The notes under the pieces were generated by a model. That model was not told where the DNA came from and searched no databases. It was given only the letters and a program-made list of their open reading frames with translations. DNA of 63,859 bases, counting the filler, from Corallochytrium limacisporum Hawaii (lineage: Eukaryota; Protista; Pluriformea), in assembly GCA_002811645.1 (NCBI GenBank). It is 6 parts of 6 records of this genome, joined end to end, with 100 filler letters (N's around TTAATTAATTAA, not from the genome) between each part and the next. Parts side by side here need not be neighbours in the genome. Positions count along the whole stretch, not along the records: positions 28,292 to 48,154 come from PDIP01000019.1; 5 more parts are not named here. The stretch is one strand, 5' to 3'. The translations under genes and the position numbers were made by a program. Positions 34,701 through 47,500 of this stretch are shown piece by piece (within the stretch, counting starts at the first letter, position 1; every line of letters begins with the position of its first letter).

Positions 34701-37700
34701 TGATCTATATACACACATGTACCATGCGGTTAACGATCGTCGGTTGCAAGTCCTGAGCTGCAACTCCTTGCTGTCCAAGCCGAGCCGACGAGGGGAGAGG
34801 ACAGATTACTCTCTTCCCGGCTGGCCACACAAAAATTCAATATGATTGCACCTTATCACGCACAATCCGACCCTACGCACACAGAGGCCACCACAAAGGC
34901 GGACAATATTGGGGAAACCGGAAATCAAATGAGGAAAAAATATATAGCCCATCTGAGTGATTCTCCCCTTTTATTTTTTTTGTGATGGCTCTCCTGAAAT
35001 GGCAAGGTTCTATCATTTGGGTCCAACGACTGAAGAGGCCACTCCCCTCCGACGCTATACATTTTGACTTGATTTTTTTCTGCTGGGCTGGGTCTGCCTC
35101 TCGTTTCTGCACCAGTGCGTGAAGGGGCACGCCGCACGCAAACCCAGGGTTAGCATATTCTCGAATATCCAATGAGCGTAACTATGGCAGAAACAAACGC
35201 AGGCGAATAAAACCATTCCGGAAGTTGCGTATTGGAGGGTGTGGAGAAGCGGGTCCATCCGTAAGAGAGGGGCCTGACTGAAGTGGTTCCACTTCCCACA
35301 AGGTGTTTTATTCCTATGTCTTTAATATGACCTTTCTCAAATAAAAGGAGTAGCTGAGGGGGAGAAAAGTGGGCAATTCTGCAGTGGCCCCAATTGAGAG
35401 ACTCCCTTTAATGAGCCCGTCGGTTCTCCTGTCCTGGTAAAAGTGTCAGTGGTTCAACCCTCCGCGCACCAAAAAAGCAGGGTTAGGATTTTTCCTCCAG
35501 GCATTCGTCTTCAGGCCTCCTCCCCCTCTTCCCTCACTCCCTCCACCCAGCAAAACAGGGTTCGAGTTTGTCAAAACCACACACTGAGCTTGCCGTTGGG
35601 CATTTTGCCGGTGAACAACCCACCTATCGATTATGGCGTGCCACTGTTCTACCAGCCCATGGTGGGCACGAAAGATACGCAGAGATAAAAAAATAATGAG
35701 ACAAAAGAAAACGATAAAAACCTAGCGAACTGAAACGACCAGATCTTGCAACGATTCGGTACGTAATACTCCCGACCCCTGAACCTTTGGCCTTTCGGTC
35801 TTTTGATAATTAAGAAAAATGGCCAAAAGAAGACTTTTCCTACGCTCTGTGCCCGATAGGAATTATGAAGCTTTGGTTTCCGAGTTCGGTGTTGTGTTGC
35901 CGTCCTTTTGCGGCGCCTTTGTGTGTGTGTGTGTTTTGAACGGGAACCAGAGCCCAAGGACCCCCACACTACCAACGCACTGACCACACACGCACACAAG
36001 CACATCGCAAAGAAAAAATAGTAGGCAAATTATCACGCGATGCCATCAACGGTGTTAATAATGGACTGAAATGAGTGAGATGATGTTACATTGCGAAAAG
36101 TAGGTGCTGGAAAGCAGTCAAACGTGCCAGCCTTGGCCCCCGCAGCGGGCGGAGAGAACGACCACTACACCAAGTTTCCCAGACTTGTAGAAAAAGCGTT
36201 CATACTATATCGTCATAGTCGACTATGAATACATTCCTGGGTGGTGTAGACTACTACTGGGACATTCCCCCCAACCCCCCGGGGGAGAAGGGGGGGGCGA
36301 GACATTCGGGAAGTGGTGACTTTCTGCGTCATAGTGAGAGTGTGCCACTTGGCCCCAGAGGTTTAGCGGGACGAGATCCGAGCAGAGAGCCGAGTGCGCA
36401 GTCAGCTGCCGGTGTGCATCTCTGACAGATTCCCTCGGCACAGATGGCTGACATAACGTCAGCATCGCAAAACTCTGGCGCTCATAATCACATAGTTCAG
36501 AAAGTCAGAGTGGTTTCTGCATGTAAGGAGGCTACTCGTCGCTTTGATGCTGGTGTTGGTGGTAAATGATAACAATGCTGGAGATGATGGCAATGATGAT
36601 GCTGCACCTAGTGGACGGGTGAGTGCGAAGCGCACGAGTACAGCCTTGCTGTGTACTCGCACATTAAAACATGTGGTGCAGAGGTATGCAATAGTCTCCA
36701 TACGAAGACGTGTCATTTATTGTGCCTTGTGGTGCGGCAACGAGATCAGCATGACCGGTGATGTTCGAGAGTCAGGAGCCACGTATTCCGACAGCAACGG
36801 TTGCAAGAGGCGCGCAGTCTTGCTCTTCTGCGAGTATAATGAGCAATGAAAATTCTTCTCCTGACCGCCGGGGACATAAGAAAAGAATGTTTCGAACGGG
36901 TTTCCTGGCCCCTTTTGATTCCATGGACCCACTTTACCTATTGAATGTATTGGGCTTGTTCCCCTCATTTTAACGAATGACGTGTGCTCTTGGGATGTCA
37001 TGACAGTGACGAAGGTTTATTTACGCAGTGAAAGACAATGGACTTCTCAGAACTCACCTCCTTGTATTTTCTCCGCTCAGCAGGACCAGTGTCAAAACCC
37101 TTGCGAGCGGGGCGGCAACAACTGCTAAGGTGTGTGGGGAGGCAAGTCACACAGACACCAGGGGATACAATATTCACCGGACCGGCAGGCCACCTGAGTG
37201 CGCTTGGGCTGTATCCTAGGCCTAGAGCAGTCTCGCATCTCCGGACGGTGGAGATGGCTCAGTACTCCGCATATTATCTCCATCGTGAGCAAAGGCGACA
37301 CCACAGTCATCTACAAGTGTTTAAGGAAAAGCATACGGTTTGCCACTCGACTCCTATGCGTACAACGGTGGCAGATGCAGTCAGCATGCTGTAGATCCGC
37401 ACCGGCATGCTGAATCTCAAGATGTTGCTCCCCTGATGTCACCGTGTACCCAATCATTTCATCATCGAAAGTAGCTCAATGCCGAAAATCAGAGGTGTAC
37501 GCGTGTAAGTAAGATGCAGAGTGTGTACAGGTCTGTGGCTGTGCACTTACGTCCATGACTAGCGCTTGCAGATGCGGAGCTGCCTGCCCTTACACATCTG
37601 CTTGAGACCTCTCAGGTTTTCACTGGTCGAAGACCGCTGCGCATCTACGGTCTCCATCATGTGGCAAGCCGAAGGAATGCTATGTCATCAACAGGATGGT

Positions 37701-38873
37701 GGTGACCAACCGATGGATCGTCTTTGCGGATGCGCTAGTGGCGAATGTCGATGTATTCAGTGGACCGATGAAAATTCAGGCTAGGATGCTCGGCACCCTG
37801 CCTCTTCTAACCATATAGGCACAGACAGTCCAGTCCGCACGACTTTGGCGCATACAAATAAACCGGGAACAGGGGCATAATGAGCCTTTCGGGTTCCCAG
37901 ATGTGTGACAAGTGCTCCTCTAATCAAAAGCCACGCACGCAGCACACTGTACAGAAAGGTACTAGAACCAGATTCCCGACCCTCTGTCCTACCACTACCA
38001 ACATCCAAGTAGGCATGGTATCGCCCTTGGTTTAGTCAATGTCTCACCATCTCAGGCTGCGACTATGAAACTTTTCCAGATCCTCTGGCTACTTGGTGAA
38101 CATTTTTGCGTGCTACTGGCGGGCCGTCTAACACCGCATCGGGCTTGTACGGTGAGGCTTGCAAAGTCTTCTGGTTTCCGGGTGTGCCTACGCCGTACCA
38201 TCCGACTTGCCGTGGATGATTTATCGTGCTCGTTATTGATGGTCTCCGTCCTCCCAGAGCACCAGGACCCAACCGCACCCAAGGTAGGGAGTGGTAGGGA
38301 ACTGAAATCAAATACATAAATCAGACAATTGTTCCCTTGATTGTTTCTTGCGAATCAAAGGCTTAGTTTCTCAACTGAAGACTTCATATTTACTCAGCCG
38401 TATATCAATAAAGGCAGTAGTGGGGTGGCCTTGCAGCCCTTGGTCCCCGCGGGGCGAGGAGTGGGGATGGGGAGGCCAGTCGTGTAAGCATCCGCAGGGT
38501 TTGGGGCGTGCCGGGCTGTGGAGATGAAAGAACTCTACCCAGTATTGTCACCTGACTGACGAACCAGGACTCTGTGCTCTCTCAGTTGCCTTTGCATGCC
38601 ATTGCATCTGGTGTACACAACACACTGATAGTAGTATAAAATTGATGATAACCGAGATAACACGGAGTACGCCTTCCAAGCCAACAATGTCAGCTGGGGC
38701 GCTTCTTGCAGACAAACTTTGAATCACTTTGGCGGGTGCTATCGCATGGTTTACTGCTTTGCCTCGACTCTACAGCGACAGATACCGGTAGGCAGTTTTG
38801 GCTGCCGTGTGCCATTGACGACGACGATTGAATATCGCTTCAAAGATATACTGAGACTGAACGATTCGAAATC

Positions 38874-39782
38874 ATGGCGGATCAAGATCAACGGGTAAGT
38901 ACCCTGGAGGAACCTGAATGGGTGCGCCTAATTCGGCAGAATCTGAAACGCAACCGGGGTAAGATGCCCAAGGGTACTGCTGTGCAAGTGCAGCTTGCGA
39001 CTGTGGATGATCAGGGATGGCCATGTGCGCGCACCATGGTTTTCCGTGGGTTTGAGAGTGACCTCGCAGCCTACATTCGCGACGATGAAGCAGAGCACCT
39101 AGGCAAACCTCTAAGTAAGGTCAGGCTTCTATTTGCCAGTCGCGATGATGCAACCAAGGTACAACACTCGAAGAAGTTCATCGATGAAATGGATCGCAGT
39201 ATGCGTGTTGAAGTGTGCTGGTGGTTCAGTGGCACCAACAACCAGTTCCGCATCCGTGGTCGGATCCATCTATGGCGTAGCAATGACCGTTCCGCTGCAA
39301 AGGAGCTGCGGAGAGTTGCATTGTGGCGCTTGCTGTCCCCCCTCAGCCGTGCAGTGTACATTCATCCATACAAGAATCGGACTTTGGGACCTTCTTCAAC
39401 GGCTGAAGAGATTAAATCCCACGATGCGAGTGCCACGGGCGACGGGAATACACTACCTACAGAGCTCCACGATCTCACGGACCCACCGCCTCGACCACAT
39501 CGCGGCAATCAACACAAACCCGATAGCGACGACGATGCAGAGGACACTGGAGACGTAGTGCGCGAAGAAGGTGAGGACAATCCACGCATTGCAGAGAAAC
39601 TACAGGCGCAGAACATTAGCGAGGAACGGCACCGGGAAGTGCACGACTACACTTTGGATCTGTTCACCGGCTACGTGATTGAGCCGTTAGTAGTGGATCA
39701 TGTTGTGCTCACACCGCCCAGCCACCACATTCACAAATGGAGCTACGAACATCAACGCTGGGACATTTATGAATCCGCATAA
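38874..39782 (+). CDS. Pyridoxamine 5'-phosphate oxidase-like FMN-binding split-barrel protein (Pyridox_oxase_2/Alr4036 type)
   Basis: QLATVDDQGWPCARTMVFRGF, EVCWWFSGTNNQFRIRGRI, and C-terminal VIEPLVVDHVVL. Confidence 0.88.
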   Translation: MADQDQRVSTLEEPEWVRLIRQNLKRNRGKMPKGTAVQVQLATVDDQGWPCARTMVFRGFESDLAAYIRDDEAEHLGKPLSKVRLLFASRDDATKVQHSKKFIDEMDRSMRVEVCWWFSGTNNQFRIRGRIHLWRSNDRSAAKELRRVALWRLLSPLSRAVYIHPYKNRTLGPSSTAEEIKSHDASATGDGNTLPTELHDLTDPPPRPHRGNQHKPDSDDDAEDTGDVVREEGEDNPRIAEKLQAQNISEERHREVHDYTLDLFTGYVIEPLVVDHVVLTPPSHHIHKWSYEHQRWDIYESA

Positions 39783-39900
39783 AATACATCGGTGCATGCT
39801 TTATATACTACCATTGACCATCTGATTTTCCTCACAAAAGGTGTAGAAAGGATTAATGCGGTTGCCGGTAAACTCACTTCCGCAATCAGCCAAAACATCC

Positions 39901-42900
39901 CTAGATGAAGGAGAATCCCTGACTGCCGTGCCAGATAGCCACCAAGACTTTGGCCTCCAGTTGCTGGTAGCTGTCGTATGGGGGCATGACGAATCTGTTG
40001 ATGCAAGTGTTGGCCGTAGGCAAGGATTCCCGGTCGAGGGCGCGGTGACATACGAGGCGGAACGGCGGGTCCATGGCCTTGAATCCTTCGCCTGACACTG
40101 TGGCAGAACCTGTGGTGAATTGCAGCAACTGTGCGCGCTCTGACTCTGAAAGGGTCTCGACGAGCTGCCAGAAATATGCAGCCCGCCGCTCTGCCAGACC
40201 CAGTTTGAAGCGCTTGTTAACCACTTCCATTCCCCTGCGATCGATACGGCCGAAGCCTTCGTGGATTGTGTGTTTCTTCCAGTCCTCAATGTCAATGGTG
40301 TCTGCACCTGCAATGAGCAACGAAAGCTCATCGCCATTAAAGATGTGCAGGTGCTGTTTAGGACTGATGCAGCAACGCAAGCCACGACGGACGTGGCGCA
40401 GAGTGCCCTCATTTTCTGTCGCCAGCTGATGCTGGGTACGTTGGGTTATGTACTCGAGCGCATTCGAAGCCTTGACTTCCTGCTCTTCACCGTCCGTGTC
40501 TGGCAGTCTCACAACATGCACCTTTCCATCCATGTCCCGAACTTCATATGAGAACGTTAGGCCCAGGTCTTCTATGGGCACAATGTTCTCCTCTTCCTCG
40601 TCAGGCACCTCTTCATCTGCTTCCACCTGTTCAGCGTCCATCGCTTCCTTATGCTGCTGCTCTGCGAGATCTTTCTCTTGGCGCTCCTTTTCCAGTTCAA
40701 GGAACTTACCCCGCTCCTTTAAGCGTTGTTCGCGCAGCTTCTGTTTCTTGCGCTTCTTACGCATTTCAATCTGTTGATGCAACCAGGAGAGGTTCTTATA
40801 GACGTGGGGATCAACCGCATTCCAATCCTCAAGGACCAGAGACTTGCGCAGCAGTTCCTTTGCAAACGGACGGGCCAGTGGAACAGGAAACACGACACCA
40901 CAGCGGATGCTAAGTCCCATGAGGAAACCAAGCACCATGAGCATCCGATTGCGATCACCGGCCAGATTTTCCGCAAAGTCGCCCCTGCCCACCTCTCGTG
41001 AGCTTAGAGGCATGTATCCACGCGAGTTAGTACCCGCACTCTTGATTAGGCCATAACGTGTAGTATTGACCACGTCCTTGGCCACCATGGAAAAGAACTC
41101 CCGTAGCACACCAGGTCCACTGGCCTGTTCTTCACCGTCAATGGTGATCCGGATCTGAATAATTGCCGGTACGGGAACGCGGCAGGTATCCTCGAGTGAC
41201 TGATCGTTCTCCCTGGCTCTCTTGTCGAGTCCCTCATAGACATCCAAGAACGGACGCTCACGGCCAACAGCGAAGTGGAAGTTCTCTAAGGATGGCGTTT
41301 TAGTGGCTGCGCGGTTGGTGACCTCAGGCGCGGCACGGGTGCGTGACGCAGGCCCGCCAAGGCCTAGTCCAGGAAGAAGTACGGCAGTAGCCTCCTCCTC
41401 GTTCGCTGACGCCGGAGCACCAGAAGAATCGCTTCCATTGACGACCCCAAGAGCCTGATCCAGGGACATGGATGGCTCTAATTGTGTCTTGAGGTACGCA
41501 ACCTTTAGATCAAAGTCCAAAAATCCAGAGTACCGGCCCAGGAAGGAGAATGCGGGATCGAAGATGATGGTCGGATTTTGCCGCACAAAGGTATTGAGCT
41601 GTCGTCGGTACCGCGGCACGGTGGCAAGGGACTCCAGGACAGAATTAATGCGGGACAGGGTCTTTTCGTACAGTAATGGATCTGGGCGCGACTGTTTCAG
41701 CAGCGATGAAAAGATTTTTAGCTGTTCTGGACAGCTCTCGATCAATTGGGCCACAACGTCCACGTTTTCTGTCCAATCAGCATAGAGTATGGGGGGCCAG
41801 CCAGCGGAGTCGGTGGCGTCAGCCGGGTGTCCTCGCTCCAAGAGCACTTTGACGCACTCCGACTCCCCGTTGATGGCAGCGACGTGCAGCGGTGTAGCAC
41901 CACCGACATCACGAGGCGCCAGCTGGGCGTGATGTGTGTCCAAGAGATACTTGACCAGATGAGCATGACCACATTGCACTGCTGTAGCCATTGGCGTAAA
42001 GCCTTCCTCATTTTTCACGTCAAGAAGTTTGGTGCCAACTTTCAGGGGATCGAAGAGCACCTTTACTGTGGCCATAGTCCCTGAGGCACATGCCGCATGC
42101 ATCACAGTGTTTTTGGTCTCTGGCTCCTTGTGCAACAGGTAGCCGCCGTGTCGACTCAATAGTAAACAAAATTCCGCACTGCCAATGGCAGCCGCAGTGT
42201 AAAGGGCCGTGTTTCCGTACTGATCCTTAATGTCCGTCTTAAGTTGGCCCAGATTCCGAGCTACAATCACATCGATGCACTTCTGACTGCCCTGCCTCGT
42301 GGCATAGTGCAGCACAGTGTTGCCATCACCGTCATACAATGTACTTAGCCAGTCCCGCAACATTGGCCGAGCATCACTGTAGTCAGCGGGAGTGATTTTT
42401 TCCTTTTCCTGGAGTTCCTTGGCAATTGGACACCTAGTACCGATGCATTTGTATACAAACTTGATGATGAGATCTTCAAGAATTTGTGCATCATCTACAC
42501 CTTGCACACACGGCACGAAAAGTGCCGGGAGTCCAGTGGCGTCCTTAATCTCAATGTGTGCACCGTTGGCCATGATCGCCTCCAACAGTGAAGGAGATCG
42601 CAGAGCAATAATTTTGTGCAGCAGGGTTTCGCCCTTCTCATCGGGATGACTCCATTCTACATAGAAGTTATCCTCGAACTGGGCATCCTTCAACAGCTCA
42701 AGTATTTTCTTCTCCAACTCAGCCATCTTCTTTTCGGCACCCTTGGATCCCCCATCTATGGCTTCCTTGAAGTCTTTACACATTATGTAGAGCTTGTACT
42801 CGGAACTGGACTGATCGATAGGTACTACCATCTCAGCCGGCACACCCTTTCCGTTGTTCTTCGAGCTGGCCTTCTTGTTATTTAGTTGCAGGCCAATCGC

Positions 42901-44598
42901 CTTGCGACAACGATCGCACAGCAGACCCGGAGGACGGTCTGCCTTTGAACGAATGTTATAGCAGCAGGCATGCATGAGTCGATCACACAGCTCTGAGCTG
43001 CACCGCAGCATGAGTCCGTCATAGTTGCGATTGTAAGGCAGTCCACAGCGACACGAGTTTTTGCGGTGTTTTTTGCGAATGTGTCCGTCTATCACAGCAT
43101 AGTCACCCATGTCGTCTTGCACGTCCAAATTGAGGTCTACATCATCTTCACCTCTGCCTTTGACATCCGAGTACACTGAACTAGCTTCAGAGTCACTAAG
43201 GTCACTGACTGTGACTGAGATAGAATCGTCTTCTACAGACAAATCTTCGCTGCTCTCGCCTACATCGTCATCGCCTACAGCCTCTGCGTCTGCTGTTTTG
43301 CGCTGCGGCAACTGTTGTTCTGCCTCATCTTCGGCGCCATCTTCAGCCTTAGTGACATCATCCTTGGATTCCGCTTTCACTTTGTCCTTGTTTTCTTGGT
43401 TCTCACGCTTAAGAGCCTCCTGGGCAGCCATGCGCAAGAGCATGCGTTTAGTTTCTTTTTCCATGTCTGCATCGATGTCCATGTCATCCTTGTCCATGGA
43501 TTCCTCTTCGATGGCTGGTACAGCTTCGCGGGCTCGGCGCAGTGGATAGACAACTACATGCGTTTGCTGTTGAGCCACATCAAGCCGGTTCTCGTCATCG
43601 AAGGCGTCCACCTCTGCAATAGAGCCGTCTCCATCATCGCTCTCCGTGATCTCACCTTCTTTCACGTGATTTTCAGCTCCTGAATTCGGAAATCCCGAGC
43701 TCTGAGTCTGGCGCGGCAGCAATGAGAGAGCATCGCTTGCCGCCACAGGAGCATGCTGGCCATTGATTTGCATTACCGGCTGTCTTCGTGGGGGAGCATC
43801 CTCTCTGAATAAGAGCTTCTTTTTTGGCAATGGGCCTGCTACTTTGGGTGCCCCAAGGTCATCGCTCGAAGCATCGCTTGCATCCGTAGCCTCGCCCTTC
43901 TTCCCCGGCCGCCGTTCGTCATCACTGAACGCGATGCCCAGTTCTTCAGCGGCCGGCTTCATTTCGTCTTCATCGGCTTCGGACTCCTCACTCACCGCAC
44001 TTGGTCCTCTTGCTGGTGTCTTCTTCTTCGGAATCATATCCTCCTCTTCATCAGACTCTTCCGCAATCTGAAGCCGCCGGCCTACCCGATGCTTCGCCTG
44101 CTTGTCGCCCTTGTCGCTCGGCTCACCGCTCTGACTCTGCTGCTCCCGGGCTTTTCGCAATTGTGCCAATGCACTCTTTGCGGACGATCCTTCTGATAGT
44201 CTTAATTTCTTTTTCCGTCGCTTGCTCTTGGCGCTCTTGTGTCTGTCCGCATCTCCACCGTCACTAGAAGCGAAACTGTCACCGTCATCGGAGCCGTCGA
44301 CAATGAAGGACCCCTCACTAAACTGTGCCTCATCTTCGTAACGCTCTTCCTCACGTTTTCTTTGGGCGATGTATCTTCGCTTTGCCAATTTCTGTTCCCG
44401 GATTTCTTCCGAATTTTCCTCACTGCTGCTACTGAGGGTGCGCTTGCTGTACTTTTGGTTCAAGGCCTTTGCCTTTACGGCCGCCCGGTGAGCAGCTTCT
44501 TTACGTTCCTTTTGTTTTGCGATCTCCGCAGCTGTCGGCTTGCGGACAGGAACTTGGTCGTCCTCATCGCTCGAAAACGTGATGTTTACCCCACTCAT
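39901..44598 (-). CDS. HECT E3 ubiquitin ligase with PHD finger and ankyrin repeats (HACE1-like core, 1565 aa)
   Basis: PHD-like CRCG...MLRCSSELCDRLMHACC...LLCDRC. Ankyrin motifs GETLLH, GNTVLHYAT, GNTALYTAA, GFTPMATAV, GATPLHVAA. HECT motifs GEEQASGPGVLREFF, LLQFTTGS, and catalytic LPTANTCINRFVMPPY...GSQGFSFI. Confidence 0.93.
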   Translation of the reverse strand: MSGVNITFSSDEDDQVPVRKPTAAEIAKQKERKEAAHRAAVKAKALNQKYSKRTLSSSSEENSEEIREQKLAKRRYIAQRKREEERYEDEAQFSEGSFIVDGSDDGDSFASSDGGDADRHKSAKSKRRKKKLRLSEGSSAKSALAQLRKAREQQSQSGEPSDKGDKQAKHRVGRRLQIAEESDEEEDMIPKKKTPARGPSAVSEESEADEDEMKPAAEELGIAFSDDERRPGKKGEATDASDASSDDLGAPKVAGPLPKKKLLFREDAPPRRQPVMQINGQHAPVAASDALSLLPRQTQSSGFPNSGAENHVKEGEITESDDGDGSIAEVDAFDDENRLDVAQQQTHVVVYPLRRAREAVPAIEEESMDKDDMDIDADMEKETKRMLLRMAAQEALKRENQENKDKVKAESKDDVTKAEDGAEDEAEQQLPQRKTADAEAVGDDDVGESSEDLSVEDDSISVTVSDLSDSEASSVYSDVKGRGEDDVDLNLDVQDDMGDYAVIDGHIRKKHRKNSCRCGLPYNRNYDGLMLRCSSELCDRLMHACCYNIRSKADRPPGLLCDRCRKAIGLQLNNKKASSKNNGKGVPAEMVVPIDQSSSEYKLYIMCKDFKEAIDGGSKGAEKKMAELEKKILELLKDAQFEDNFYVEWSHPDEKGETLLHKIIALRSPSLLEAIMANGAHIEIKDATGLPALFVPCVQGVDDAQILEDLIIKFVYKCIGTRCPIAKELQEKEKITPADYSDARPMLRDWLSTLYDGDGNTVLHYATRQGSQKCIDVIVARNLGQLKTDIKDQYGNTALYTAAAIGSAEFCLLLSRHGGYLLHKEPETKNTVMHAACASGTMATVKVLFDPLKVGTKLLDVKNEEGFTPMATAVQCGHAHLVKYLLDTHHAQLAPRDVGGATPLHVAAINGESECVKVLLERGHPADATDSAGWPPILYADWTENVDVVAQLIESCPEQLKIFSSLLKQSRPDPLLYEKTLSRINSVLESLATVPRYRRQLNTFVRQNPTIIFDPAFSFLGRYSGFLDFDLKVAYLKTQLEPSMSLDQALGVVNGSDSSGAPASANEEEATAVLLPGLGLGGPASRTRAAPEVTNRAATKTPSLENFHFAVGRERPFLDVYEGLDKRARENDQSLEDTCRVPVPAIIQIRITIDGEEQASGPGVLREFFSMVAKDVVNTTRYGLIKSAGTNSRGYMPLSSREVGRGDFAENLAGDRNRMLMVLGFLMGLSIRCGVVFPVPLARPFAKELLRKSLVLEDWNAVDPHVYKNLSWLHQQIEMRKKRKKQKLREQRLKERGKFLELEKERQEKDLAEQQHKEAMDAEQVEADEEVPDEEEENIVPIEDLGLTFSYEVRDMDGKVHVVRLPDTDGEEQEVKASNALEYITQRTQHQLATENEGTLRHVRRGLRCCISPKQHLHIFNGDELSLLIAGADTIDIEDWKKHTIHEGFGRIDRRGMEVVNKRFKLGLAERRAAYFWQLVETLSESERAQLLQFTTGSATVSGEGFKAMDPPFRLVCHRALDRESLPTANTCINRFVMPPYDSYQQLEAKVLVAIWHGSQGFSFI

Positions 44599-47500
44599 GA
44601 CTGGTGTATTGTCATGACAAGTCTATTTAGCAGGACGTGGAATTCACGTGCCCCGAATCATGGTAACTCCGAAATACTTTTCACCAAAAAGAGTGCTCAG
44701 ATTATCTATCATCGATTATTGAAAATGTTATCAGGAAGGTAATGAATACCTGCACAACTAACACACGCACACACAAGCTACAGATAAGCAAGAGTGACAG
44801 TCTCTTACGTGAAACAGCAGACATCCCTGGGGCCTCTCATAAAGTCTGCGCGGGGCAGCGGGGATTGAACGGGTGTGACGCTGGGAGGTGGGGGTTGGGT
44901 GGGGGGGGGGCAGGAATGTCTCCAAGTAGCCGGTAAATGAAAACCGAACCCCTCATTTTGGACACGATCTCGAGCCCCCGGGTGGGCATGGATATGGATC
45001 TCCATTCTTCTTCAATTGGCTTGGGATCTCCATCCACCATGTTCCATTCGGGGTACTCAGGCTGCCAATAACATGGCTGTAATCCCTGTTTCGTTGGTAT
45101 GGTGCGAAGGAGAAAGCGGTGAAGACATATGCTCCTTTCTCAAGATTTCCCGCATAAGGGACACGTTCTCAATCTGACACGCGGCATGTGATGTCTTCAT
45201 CGCAGTCGAGCATCGTCTGCCTTGCAGATACCATTGTAGTGGCAGTGACATTGACAGGCTTCCGTCAAGCCATTCACGCTTCCACGGACTTAACTGTGAA
45301 GAAATGGTGACCATTGCAGCCCTCGTCGGCTATTGTGCCTGAAATGGTAGGCAACATCGACACAACCTGAAGCTAGAAGTGCTGGCGGTGCTCATCGGAG
45401 TGTAGATCGTCCGCTGTGTTTACGTTGCGCAGTTTACGCGTATGTAGTGGTGCTCGCATCTGTACGTGTTCTCCGTGTATCATCCCACAATGTGGCAGAC
45501 TGCACAGCAATACTCCAGGGTCATCGACTTCGCCCATTTGGCGTCACCCAGAGTACGTACAATCATTTGGAGTTTCGACAGGTATCTCGGTGCTTGGCGC
45601 TATGTTGTTCTTCTTGTTAATCCCCAACATTTCTTCTTCTTGAACTGCAATTTACCAATCGTGGCCGGCTAGACACACAGGAACACCAAGACTGTTTTCC
45701 TACACCTCTGTTTTCTGGCGCAAGTTGGTTTCGGCGCCACGCCTGCCGTGTGCTCTGCTCCACCTCTCCCATCTGCCCTACATGGCAGCAGTGTTGTTCA
45801 CCGATCAAGCGGGAGCTAACTTGCTGGAGCGATGGCGATGATGACTCGGATAGGGAGGTTGTATGTGTCGAGGATAAACTGAGATGTACGGTACAGTGTG
45901 TGGAGTGGACCATCTTCAGAGTGTACCCCTTACGCAAATCCCCTCCCGGCCCTCCTCTTCTCCACATTTCCCAGCCGTTTCCTTTGGCCATGGTTTTACG
46001 ACTCGGGCATCATTAGGTCAAACCAGATATATGCGTTTGCACTACGCACTCCCACGATATGGGTGAATGAAGTACTGGCACAACGGCACCTAGTTTTCAT
46101 CTACCATCAACGACTTCGGCGAGAGTCTGCAAGGCTCATTTTTTTCGGCCAAACCCTATCACGAACATCCCTCTGTGTTATCTATGAGAGACAAGGGACA
46201 AAGTGGGGCGATTTCGAGCTCGTATACCAACTTCCATACATGGGGACATCATCCGTCATCCAAAAGGGGGAGCGCGCTGGGGCTCAAGGGTAGAATGAAG
46301 TCCGTCCTTATCGTGCTATATGATGTATATGCGTGCTCATCCTGCCAAGGCGTGCATCGTTAATGAAACCGTTATTGCGCACATACTGACGCGCCTACAC
46401 GTACCTCAACGACATACACATATACACGCACCACCCATCCATCCGTCCGTCCACTCACTCCCATTCACATCAGCAGCACATGCTAGGTTTCACTAGCAAT
46501 TGAGCTCACTTCCCACTTACTGAATCTAAGTTCTTGGTCTGCATCGCCGCTTGTGAGACACATGCGCCCAAGCATACGCACGGGCGGTAACTTTGATCTC
46601 TAATCAATGTGAAGGGCAAACACTTGACAGAACGGCAGCAAAAGGAACTCTCAGTAAAAAGAGCGCGGATGCGGCCGGTTGGGCCCGTGACAGCAGAGTG
46701 ATCTTGGTAGCTTATCTCCTGGCCCCCAGTGTGTTTTTTGGTCTTTTTGTTCACCACATCCCCCCGCGGTTTCGCCACCCTATCAATGCCTGGCCCTTTT
46801 GGCTCTCCCACCCCCCCCCTTGTCCCCTTCACCTCAACCCTTCCCTCGTTCTTCCCGCTCTTTTCCAACTGCCTCCAAACAACTTTCCCTGTGTCCATCC
46901 ACGCTCTCCCATACTCGCTTGCCAGCTCTCCGTCTCGGATCAGCTTGGAGGTTTCGGTCCGTACCGCATCTGGGATGGGCTCCTCACTGTTTCAGATGTG
47001 AGAACCATGAGCTCGAGGCCCCTGGCCTAAGAACATAGTTTTCGGTTGAATTTTTCGGTTGGTGATTTCAATGGGATAACAGTTCCCGGTCAGTTCTCCA
47101 TTTCGTTTTGGTCCGTTTTCTACTTTCTTTTTTGAAATTTCGGCGCTGATAAGAAACTCAATTACTCACCCAAATGGCAGTCCGCAGAAATGCCTCGGCC
47201 CATATCCCGAAAAGGAGGTCACGCCAGGGGCACTGCTTACCGAACTTGTCCGAATTATGAGGCGCATTGACACAATGCTTATGCAATTCGGTTCTGCGTT
47301 CTACGTAATATGCCAACTCGTCCGGACGGGGAGAAATGAAATACAATCATTACCCGCTTACATTTCGGCGATCGCTGCACAGCTTCAGTGTGTCCGAGGA
47401 GCGGGAGCAGAAGGGCAAAGCACTTGCTATCCCCCCTTTAAATCACTGCCTGCTACAGCGCACATGTTGATCAGCACAACAGACCCAGAGCTCCTGCTGG

